DNA of 54,761 bases, taken from the IMG/VR virus record IMGVR_UViG_3300016478_000067, positions 1 through 54,761 of that record; one strand, given 5' to 3'. This DNA comes from a virus (lineage: Duplodnaviria > Caudoviricetes). The notes below the pieces were generated by a model, which did not search any database, was not told the origin of the DNA, and saw only the letters and a program-made list of their open reading frames with translations. Both the position numbers and the translations under genes were made by a program. Below, piece after piece: positions 1-6,796 of this stretch; the stretch's first letter is position 1; each line of letters begins with the position of its first letter.

Positions 1-16
1 GGCGATGGCGGCGCGG
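1..16. repeat. Terminal direct repeat/assembly overlap GGCGATGGCGGCGCGG (copy at 54746-54761)
   Basis: Identical 16-mer at both ends of the window. Confidence 0.8.
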
Positions 17-339
17 GCGGCGTCCGCGTATTCGTGCAGATCACGCAGCGCGGCAGCAAAGTTTCCGGGGTTGCGCGTGTAGCAGGCATTAACGGTGTTC
101 GCGCCAAGCTCTAGGTTGCGCAGCGCCTCCAGCAACCCATCCCGCTGCTCCTTGAGCGCCACGACCTCTCCGATCTGCTCGGCGTTCTCTCGGGTCAGGT
201 GGTCGCAGGTGGCGCGGAAGTCCGCGTTCTCTTTGTGCAGGCGGCGCAGCTCGGCCGAAATCTCCGCGTCGCCTGCTCCGGCCAAGTTTGCGTCGATGAG
301 ATCGGCCAGCCGTATGGCTTTGGATTGCTTGTTCACCAT
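1..339 (-). CDS. Hypothetical phage protein, runs off the window end (MVNKQSKAIRLADL...ARAAIA)
   Basis: Manually read open frame from ATG at 339 with GGAGAA RBS; not in the ORF track because there is no stop in the window. Confidence 0.7.
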   Translation of the reverse strand, partial: MVNKQSKAIRLADLIDANLAGAGDAEISAELRRLHKENADFRATCDHLTRENAEQIGEVVALKEQRDGLLEALRNLELGANTVNACYTRNPGNFAAALRDLHEYADAARAAIA

Positions 340-626
340 GCTGCTTCTCCGTTTTCCTTGATCAAATCCTCGACCGGGTGCGCGCGCTCCTGAGCCTGGG
401 TGTAGGTCCGCCGTACTGGCTGTTGCGCCGGAATGGCGTTGAGCCGAGCCAGCAGGTCGGCGTACTCGTGGTCGGTGGTGCTCATGCCGTTCCCCACTTC
501 GCTAACCATATAGCAAGAGCTGAAGCAGCAGACATCAGGCAGAGCAGGAAGACGGCGTAGCCGGCCAAAGCACGGGCCAGGCTGGTCGCGCGGCGTCGGG
601 CTGGGCAGCGCCGTCCTTGGGCGCAA
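333..626 (-). CDS. Hypothetical protein (probable start at MSTTDHEY)
   Basis: ORF overlapping the next minus-strand gene. Confidence 0.45.
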   Translation of the reverse strand: MRPRTALPSPTPRDQPGPCFGRLRRLPALPDVCCFSSCYMVSEVGNGMSTTDHEYADLLARLNAIPAQQPVRRTYTQAQERAHPVEDLIKENGEAAW

Positions 627-645
627 TTATGGCTGCAGCAATTCA

Positions 646-981
646 TTACAGCTTCTTCCCAAGGTCGTAGTAGTGATGCAGGACTTCAGCCGGGGTCGGC
701 TCGATCGGCATCTCGCGGCAGACGTAATCACCGGTGCGCTCGATTTGCACCAGGTCGGCGCTTGGGCCAAGAGTTTTCTTGCAGGCACGCAGGTCGCGCT
801 CGAAGCGCTGGGCTGCCAGTTTGGCATCCTCAAGGTCAACGGCGGTGGCGCGCTCAACCTGCTCCTCATTTGGACCATCGAGCAGGTAGCTACCGCCAAT
901 GATTAGCGCGACACCTGTGGCAAGCGCCCAGGTGATGGATCGGTCGATGGTTATCATCTTAAATCTCCTTGAATGCATCAC
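646..981 (-). CDS. Hypothetical protein with N-terminal transmembrane segment
   Basis: Hydrophobic WALATGVALIIGGSYLL; coupled to neighbours. Confidence 0.65.
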   Translation of the reverse strand: MMHSRRFKMITIDRSITWALATGVALIIGGSYLLDGPNEEQVERATAVDLEDAKLAAQRFERDLRACKKTLGPSADLVQIERTGDYVCREMPIEPTPAEVLHHYYDLGKKL

Positions 982-1222
982 GCTCGGCCGCGACGCTCTC
1001 GCTGTGCAGCCAGTCCATTTCTCGGACCACGCTGTCGTGGCGTTTCCAGAGCTGCTGTTCGATGGGCTTGAGCTGCGACTCTAGAAAGTAGCCGGTCAAA
1101 TCAAAGCCGTTGCCGGCCAGGATCGACTCGATCCAGAGGGTGCCACAGTCGTCGTCGATTCCGTATTCGATAGCGACCGGCATGTTACCCTCGCCAATGT
1201 TGATGACCTGGTGGAACATCAT
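959..1222 (-). CDS. Hypothetical protein
   Basis: ATGA-coupled minus-strand ORF. Confidence 0.6.
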   Translation of the reverse strand: MMFHQVINIGEGNMPVAIEYGIDDDCGTLWIESILAGNGFDLTGYFLESQLKPIEQQLWKRHDSVVREMDWLHSESVAAERDAFKEI

Positions 1223-1452
1223 TTAGCCCCCTTGTTGTACTCGTCCATTGCGGCATCCATTCGTTTTGCCAGCGGGGAGCCGGCCGGGAGTCGATTGGCG
1301 CGTGGGCCGCTGGAGTGGTAGGTACGTGCTGCGTCGGGCTCGTGCACAATACAGATGTTACCAGTATCCATCATGTGGGGCACCCCATACGTTTCAGTGA
1401 GCCGCACCGGGTGTAGCGTGCGACGGCGTGGGAGCAATTCGGTTACTTGCAT
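1219..1452 (-). CDS. Hypothetical protein
   Basis: AAAGGAG RBS; ATGA overlap with next gene. Confidence 0.6.
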   Translation of the reverse strand: MQVTELLPRRRTLHPVRLTETYGVPHMMDTGNICIVHEPDAARTYHSSGPRANRLPAGSPLAKRMDAAMDEYNKGAK

Positions 1453-1514
1453 TTCGTTCTCCTTTACATCTGCGGAATCCGCATTGGATAGCCCGAAGGC
1501 TATGCGATATGGAC

Positions 1515-1811
1515 TCAGGCGGCCAGTGCTGCGGCCAGGTTCGATTTGGATACCCGCTTTCCGTCCACCTTGAACATGAACGAAGGTGCCTGAATGTTGC
1601 GGCTGGTGGTGCGGCGCATTTGCTCAACCACCCTCACTTCAACTTCATGGCCGTTCACGACGCCGCGTGCAGGGTTGTAGTATTCGATGCGCTTGCCATC
1701 GGCACGCTGTCCGATGATGACAGTGGCAGCTTGCTCAGTCAGTGCGTTGATGGTGGTCATGTTGTTGCCTGCGTCTGCCATTTCGATTTCCTCTATGTAT
1801 CTATCAATCAC
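1515..1811 (-). CDS. Hypothetical early protein
   Basis: ORF directly downstream of predicted promoter at 1832-1861. Confidence 0.6.
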   Translation of the reverse strand: MIDRYIEEIEMADAGNNMTTINALTEQAATVIIGQRADGKRIEYYNPARGVVNGHEVEVRVVEQMRRTTSRNIQAPSFMFKVDGKRVSKSNLAAALAA

Positions 1812-1831
1812 TGGGACGTTCCAGTGATTTT

Positions 1832-1861
1832 ATTATAACACAACTTGTACCAGTGGTGCAA
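1832..1861 (-). promoter_or_regulatory. Sigma70-like promoter TTGCAC-N18-TATAAT (TG extended -10)
   Basis: Read from reverse complement; near-identical to the promoter at 3533-3562. Confidence 0.7.
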
Positions 1862-1864
1862 TAA

Positions 1865-2053
1865 TTAGTCGCACCTGGCGGGGCTAGGGTCGCACCCCGG
1901 TGCCAGTTGCCCGAAGTCATCAGCCACCGCCCACTGAGAGCAGGTGAATCGGTCGGCCCCGATGAGGACCATCCAGCGATGGTGGCGGTGGGAGTACCAC
2001 CAGCCGGCCGCATTGTTGGTGGCAGACAGACAGTCAATGTAGTAGGTGGTCAT
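1865..2053 (-). CDS. Hypothetical protein (MTTYYIDCL...)
   Basis: ATGA overlap with upstream gene. Confidence 0.5.
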   Translation of the reverse strand: MTTYYIDCLSATNNAAGWWYSHRHHRWMVLIGADRFTCSQWAVADDFGQLAPGCDPSPARCD

Positions 2054-2451
2054 ACCGCAATGCCTTTCTTGCGTGCCGCATTCTTCAATCGCATCACAGC
2101 CACTCCCATGTTGGGGGACTCTTTCCACACATCGTCACACAGCCCGTAGCCGGCGGCCATCGAACGCAGGCGCACTATGTCTAGTTGCGGGGCGGTCATG
2201 ACGGGCTTCCGTGGGGTCTCCGAGCGCTTCATGGGTGTTGGTGAGGGCGTAGGTACCAGGGCAGTCTCTACGGCCTTTTCCGGGCGTTCTCCGACCACGA
2301 CTCCGTTGGCAATTGAGACACCGGACTCAGTGGTGTAAGCGGTGCCGTTACGCCGCGCGTACTCACCCTTTGCCCACCAGGGCACATAATTGGAATCGCC
2401 GGCCGGTGCCGGGAAATGGTCGTCCAGCGGCGGGAATGTCTTGCTGGCCAT
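2050..2451 (-). CDS. Hypothetical protein
   Basis: ORF; C-terminal NMGVAVMRLKNAARK resembles the C-terminus of 2974..3498. Confidence 0.6.
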   Translation of the reverse strand: MASKTFPPLDDHFPAPAGDSNYVPWWAKGEYARRNGTAYTTESGVSIANGVVVGERPEKAVETALVPTPSPTPMKRSETPRKPVMTAPQLDIVRLRSMAAGYGLCDDVWKESPNMGVAVMRLKNAARKKGIAV

Positions 2452-2452
2452 C

Positions 2453-2614
2453 TCAACCCTCGATGAATTCGAAATTGCGGCAGACACAGTAGTACATCAC
2501 CTTGTACTTGCCCCACCGTTGCCACGCCTCCTCCACGCACGTCACGACGCCTAGTGTGATCGGGCGGATCGCATGGTCATGCAAAAAATCGGTATGTTGG
2601 ATTACGCGAATCAT
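2453..2614 (-). CDS. Small hypothetical protein (MIRVIQHTDF..., 53 aa)
   Basis: Manually read; fills the gap with an ATGA overlap. Confidence 0.5.
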   Translation of the reverse strand: MIRVIQHTDFLHDHAIRPITLGVVTCVEEAWQRWGKYKVMYYCVCRNFEFIEG

Positions 2615-2931
2615 TTCTGTTCCCCCATTTTGTCGATCAAGCGCTGGCGGGCGGCATGCAGCCGGTCGATCAGGTCCCCCTCCTCGCCGGTTATCAGCTT
2701 CCCAATCTTATACCTGGCCACCACTTTGGCCCCGGCAACGTCGCCGGACGTCCAGTCGAATGTGAACAGTCGGATTCCGGACAGCGGGTCAGTCACGCAC
2801 CACCTGGAGCCGTCCCTCCAGTAGTGCAGGGCCAGATCCAGATAATGAGATTCAAGGTGAATGCGGACGCCGTGACACGGCACTGTGTTGATTGGCTGAC
2901 CGCTGGCGTTCCGGATTGTTACTTCTCGCAT
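2611..2931 (-). CDS. Hypothetical protein
   Basis: AGAGGA RBS; ORF. Confidence 0.6.
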   Translation of the reverse strand: MREVTIRNASGQPINTVPCHGVRIHLESHYLDLALHYWRDGSRWCVTDPLSGIRLFTFDWTSGDVAGAKVVARYKIGKLITGEEGDLIDRLHAARQRLIDKMGEQK

Positions 2932-2973
2932 TTTAAGTTCCTCTATTAATCTATCGCGTTGTCAGGCGTTTGG

Positions 2974-3498
2974 TCAGTTGGCCTTTTTCTCCTTTTCTTT
3001 GTCTCGAATCGCCTTGCGGGCCAGGTTACCAAGCGCCATGCGCTGCAGCCCGTTGTTCAGGTGGCCATACCTGGCGTGCAGCTCTTTCACGGTGACGTCC
3101 AGAATGTAGGATACCTCGATATATACGGCGGTCAGCGGCAGTCCGCGAAGCTCCTCAGCCACTTTGTCCCCGCAGTCCACGGCGATTTTAACCCCTTTAT
3201 CAGTCATGATTTTGGTCCTTTTGTAGAAATTAAGGTAAAGAGCATCAACTTTACCGTTCTTGCGCTCGTTGATATCCACCGGCTTGGGTTCAACCGGTGT
3301 CTGAGCCGGTTCCGCAGCCACTTCGATTTCGAGTTGATCTGGGACCTCTTCGAATTCTTCGTCGCTGGAACCATGATTGGTCAAGGCACCGTTACGGACC
3401 TTGGATTCGACACCGTTGGCGCGAATGGTGGTCCAGCCGCCGCGAACGACGATAATTTCAACGATTTGGCCGGTGGCGGTAAGGGTTGCGATTTGCAT
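2974..3498 (-). CDS. Hypothetical early protein
   Basis: AGAGGA RBS; downstream of predicted promoter. Confidence 0.7.
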   Translation of the reverse strand: MQIATLTATGQIVEIIVVRGGWTTIRANGVESKVRNGALTNHGSSDEEFEEVPDQLEIEVAAEPAQTPVEPKPVDINERKNGKVDALYLNFYKRTKIMTDKGVKIAVDCGDKVAEELRGLPLTAVYIEVSYILDVTVKELHARYGHLNNGLQRMALGNLARKAIRDKEKEKKAN

Positions 3499-3532
3499 TT
3501 TGCGTGTCCTCTATTAGCTATCTTGAGCCTTT

Positions 3533-3562
3533 ATTATAACACAGGCTGTGGTACCGGTGCAA
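3533..3562 (-). promoter_or_regulatory. Sigma70-like promoter TTGCAC-N18-TATAAT
   Basis: Reverse complement GTTATTGCACCGGTACCACAGCCTGTGTTATAATAA. Confidence 0.7.
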
Positions 3563-3597
3563 TAACTGGACCACGCAAAATGCATTTCGTTGTGTTT

Positions 3598-3915
3598 TTA
3601 CAACACTCGGGCTGTCTTCAGCGCGCCAGTCTGGCAGTCAAACACCAACTCTAAATTTGGCTGGGTCCAAAAATTGTCGTGAGCCGGTGTCCTCCCGATG
3701 AACACCCGTCGGGTGGACTCTTTCGGCATGTCCGGTTTCACCCGGTACTCGGAGATCGGACAGTCCCAGTCGGGTGTTGCGCACTCAACCCACCCAGTCG
3801 TGCCGGCAAAACCTCCGATCTCCACCCTAGCTCGGGACTCAATCATGGCACCGTCAATCCAGGCCAAGATTTCCTTCTTCCATTTGGCCCTCGCGGGCGA
3901 CGTTGTGTTGATCAT
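3598..3915 (-). CDS. Hypothetical protein
   Basis: GAGGAG RBS; W..C..P.WD...EYRVKP motif typical of small phage proteins. Confidence 0.65.
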   Translation of the reverse strand: MINTTSPARAKWKKEILAWIDGAMIESRARVEIGGFAGTTGWVECATPDWDCPISEYRVKPDMPKESTRRVFIGRTPAHDNFWTQPNLELVFDCQTGALKTARVL

Positions 3916-3929
3916 GGCCCACTCCTCAG

Positions 3930-4232
3930 TCAGTCAGTCAGCCCGGTCTCTTCTTCCATGTACTCGACGTTCCCGATGCGGTCGGCGGCGAGCATGGCAT
4001 ATCCGGAGATATCGACCCAGTGGTCGAGGATGTTCGGGTTGCCATTGACGATGCGCGAGATCTTGTGCAGGATCATGTCCAGCGCCTCGCGTTGTGCCAT
4101 GCTCAGGCACCCATAGTTGGGGTGTTCCATGACATGGTGTTTCAGCGCTCGGGACAGCGCTGCTTGGCCAGTGAAATCGCCGTAGGCGGCACCGCGTTCA
4201 GCCAGCACGGCACGTACATCATCCCTGCTCAT
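3930..4232 (-). CDS. DUF6378-like protein (associated with nucleotide-modification loci)
   Basis: ERGAAYGDF...HKISRIVNGNP...DHWVDISGYA motif pattern. Confidence 0.7.
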   Translation of the reverse strand: MSRDDVRAVLAERGAAYGDFTGQAALSRALKHHVMEHPNYGCLSMAQREALDMILHKISRIVNGNPNILDHWVDISGYAMLAADRIGNVEYMEEETGLTD

Positions 4233-4407
4233 CTTGGATCTCCTTTTCTGGCGACTCTTCGCCGGGTTTCACGAATTGGTGCTCCTCCTCCTTGGTAGAG
4301 AAGCGATAATTGCAGCTCTCACACTCTCGACGACGCCGAATGCGGTTGTCCACATTATTGTAGGTGCTGGTAACGCAGGTGTCGCCGCCGCACTTTGGAC
4401 ACTTCAT
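4219..4407 (-). CDS. NrdR N-terminal-like zinc ribbon protein
   Basis: MKCPKCG...IRRRRECESCNYRFSTKE matches the NrdR Zn-ribbon; no ATP-cone. Confidence 0.75.
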   Translation of the reverse strand: MKCPKCGGDTCVTSTYNNVDNRIRRRRECESCNYRFSTKEEEHQFVKPGEESPEKEIQDEQG

Positions 4408-4943
4408 ACGCCCAGCTCCTCACACATGGTCCGTACTGCCTTGCGGATATGCAGATCGGGGTTAGAATCGCTGTACCGGTCAACCGAATCAGTAAGCTGA
4501 CGGCGCAACAGCGGAAGGACCTCCTCACGGGCGTGACGGCCGACACCGTAGTTATCCAAGAAATGGATAGCCTCGATCAGATCGGCCAGCTTCACCACCA
4601 TCTCAGCTACCGTCCCACGTACCGTGCCCGCCACCTCGTAATAATTGCGATCGTAGCTGGCTTCGGCCTTCACCAAGTCGGCACCGCAGCCGCGTAGGGT
4701 CTCCTTATACGGGGTTGGTGTGTCGCCGGTGAACACCTCGATCGAGTCGTGCATCAGCGCCCAGTAGACCACCTGTAGGTGGCGGTCAGGGTGTAGTACC
4801 CCATTCCAGCCGATGTCGTGTGCCAGCCGGGTGGCCAGAATCGTGACGTTAAATGAGTGCTCCGCTATCGTCTGCGGGCGGGACGTATCTACAATCCCCC
4901 AGCGCTTGACATGCGACATCCGCATAAGTTCGGAAATTTTCAT
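4404..4943 (-). CDS. datZ: HD-domain dATP triphosphohydrolase DatZ
   Basis: VKRW...QTIAEHS...LMHDSIEVFTGDTPTPYK...VKLADLIEA (YfbR/DatZ HD motifs); next to mazZ and purZ. Confidence 0.88.
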   Translation of the reverse strand: MKISELMRMSHVKRWGIVDTSRPQTIAEHSFNVTILATRLAHDIGWNGVLHPDRHLQVVYWALMHDSIEVFTGDTPTPYKETLRGCGADLVKAEASYDRNYYEVAGTVRGTVAEMVVKLADLIEAIHFLDNYGVGRHAREEVLPLLRRQLTDSVDRYSDSNPDLHIRKAVRTMCEELGV

Positions 4944-4944
4944 A

Positions 4945-5253
4945 TTACTCCCCTATGTGTTGCATTGTTCCGGTGGCGGGATCCCGCTGCCACCGGCGGT
5001 GTTCGTTTACGGCCATCTTATCGAGCACGGCCCGCTCGATGTCGATACCATATTGGCTGGCCAGATCGAGTACCAAGATAACTACGTCAGCGTACTCATC
5101 CGGGGTCACCCTATCCTCGATCAGCTCTTCCACCTCGATCAGCATCTTGCGCAAGATCTCATCCGCAGTGCGGTCAGGAAACATCCTGTCCGCCCAAGCG
5201 GTGATCCCCACTTGAAATGCCTTCAGTGTGCAGTCAGTGGGGTCGGTCATCAC
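4945..5253 (-). CDS. mazZ: MazG-like (d)GTP diphosphohydrolase MazZ
   Basis: AWADRMFP...EVEEL...DEYADVVIL...KMAVNEHRRW MazG-fold motifs; ATGA-coupled to purZ. Confidence 0.82.
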   Translation of the reverse strand: MMTDPTDCTLKAFQVGITAWADRMFPDRTADEILRKMLIEVEELIEDRVTPDEYADVVILVLDLASQYGIDIERAVLDKMAVNEHRRWQRDPATGTMQHIGE

Positions 5254-6290
5254 AGGTCCAGCGGATCTTCGTTACGGGACCATTCACGGATGTCCGAGTC
5301 ATCCGGGCCGGTGCAGATGTAGTCCACCGTGTACCCGGTAGTCTCGATCTGCCGCATAATCCCTTCAAGCTGCTCCGGTGTGCAGTAGTCAGCGAAGGTC
5401 AGCACCACACGATTGTCCAGGGCATCGGATGCGCAGTGGAACATGGCGTGACTGAACTGATGCAGCGAGAATTCGAACACGCGGCGTGGGAGCTTCGTCA
5501 CGGTGGTGAGCTCGGGCTTCTGGCCTAGTTCCTCCCAGGTGAGCTCGCGCTGGCCCTCGTAGGCCGGACCGCTGGAGCCGTCTCGGTTGTTCACTCTGAT
5601 CGGGAATGTGCGCATGACGTTCCAGACGGTGATATCACTAGCCCATTTGAAGGGCAGGCCACAATCGGCGGCGATCTGCCACGGGGTCACGTCACGCGAG
5701 GTGCAGTACGGCCAATCGCCGTGGTAGAGCGACAGCCCGAAACCTTGGGCACCCTCGACCAGAACCTTCTGTGCCAACTGGAGCTGACGGTCGTACTCGA
5801 ATCGATCGACCACGTACTGTTCCAGTTCCGTGCCAGCGAATCCAAGTCGTGCGATGGCCTTCGAGTCGGGGTCACGCAGGATGCGATCAATCATCGCTTG
5901 ACCCACGCCCTTGGCGGTAGAACCCATCTTGGTCTGTCCCCGGTCTTTCTCCCGTTGCGCGTGCTCATCCGTGACCACCGCTGCATTCTCGTGGATCATC
6001 AGCCGCTGGCCGGGCCGCAGATACTCACGGATTTCGCGCAGCAGAGTGTCGGCATGGATCAGGGCACCGGGGCCGATCATCACGTTCTTCACAGTGGGGC
6101 AGGTGACACCGACGGGCAGCTGCTGCACCATCATCGAGATGCCGCGTTCGCGGTCGTTGTAGGTGTGGCCCGCCTGGGTGCCATAGGCGCACACCACGGT
6201 GTCGTATTGCTTGCGCTTGGCCAGCCAGCCAGTAACGCCCCCTTTCCCGCAGCTGCCCCACATGCCGTCCATCGTCATATCGATCATCAT
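5250..6290 (-). CDS. purZ: N6-succino-2-amino-deoxyadenylate synthase (PurZ/PurZ0 family)
   Basis: PurA fold with WGSCGKG (Ser replacing the catalytic Asp of GDEGKG), EGAQG, PYCTSRD, RTFPIRV, TTVTKLPRRV. Confidence 0.93.
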   Translation of the reverse strand: MMIDMTMDGMWGSCGKGGVTGWLAKRKQYDTVVCAYGTQAGHTYNDRERGISMMVQQLPVGVTCPTVKNVMIGPGALIHADTLLREIREYLRPGQRLMIHENAAVVTDEHAQREKDRGQTKMGSTAKGVGQAMIDRILRDPDSKAIARLGFAGTELEQYVVDRFEYDRQLQLAQKVLVEGAQGFGLSLYHGDWPYCTSRDVTPWQIAADCGLPFKWASDITVWNVMRTFPIRVNNRDGSSGPAYEGQRELTWEELGQKPELTTVTKLPRRVFEFSLHQFSHAMFHCASDALDNRVVLTFADYCTPEQLEGIMRQIETTGYTVDYICTGPDDSDIREWSRNEDPLDL

Positions 6291-6304
6291 TTCTGTATTT
6301 CCTT

Positions 6305-6511
6305 TCAGTTTTCGTCTATCGACAGTTTCAAATCTTCACGCACGCTGGACAGTCTGTCCAGGATGTCGTGCATAGTTTCCACCTCAGTCGGGGTGTACTT
6401 GGAGCTGCGGACGCATTTGGACAGGACGGACCGGATAAGGTCCATCTCCCATAGATGCAGATCCAGCGGGGCCATTCCGTTACCATCAATCATCGCTCTA
6501 TCCTCTATCAA
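6305..6511 (-). CDS. Hypothetical protein upstream of purZ
   Basis: ORF in operon orientation; start uncertain. Confidence 0.55.
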   Translation of the reverse strand: MIEDRAMIDGNGMAPLDLHLWEMDLIRSVLSKCVRSSKYTPTEVETMHDILDRLSSVREDLKLSIDEN

Positions 6512-6520
6512 TCGGTGTTA

Positions 6521-6543
6521 ACAAAAAGCGGGGTTGCCCCCGC
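6521..6543 (-). terminator. Rho-independent terminator
   Basis: GCGGGG-GCAA-CCCCGC followed by TTTTTGTT on the minus strand. Confidence 0.7.
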
Positions 6544-6551
6544 AGCGGGAA

Positions 6552-6734
6552 TCAATCGGCAGCGAGGAAATTTTCAATCGCAGCGATCCGCGACTCAAGG
6601 AAGAGGACGCGATCGGCGTCACAATCGGGGACCAAGCCAGCGCGCCGGGCCTCCCAAATCACGCCAAGCAAAATCTGGACATCAGCCGAGTCAAGAGACA
6701 ACAGGGCGGCCGGAACAAGGGAATCAGAAGTCAT
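6552..6734 (-). CDS. Hypothetical protein
   Basis: AGAGGA RBS; lies between promoter 6767-6796 and the terminator. Confidence 0.6.
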   Translation of the reverse strand: MTSDSLVPAALLSLDSADVQILLGVIWEARRAGLVPDCDADRVLFLESRIAAIENFLAAD

Positions 6735-6766
6735 GATCTATCCTCTATTGGTGTTGGTGAGACTCT

Positions 6767-6796
6767 ATTATAACACGGGTGGGACAACCCACGCAA
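6767..6796 (-). promoter_or_regulatory. Sigma70-like promoter TTGCGT-N18-TATAAT
   Basis: Same GTGTTATAATA -10 region as the other two promoters. Confidence 0.65.

Noticed and set aside
5250-6290. Ordinary purA auxiliary metabolic gene
   Set aside because: Catalytic Asp is replaced by Ser, and the gene is clustered with mazZ, datZ and dpoZ.
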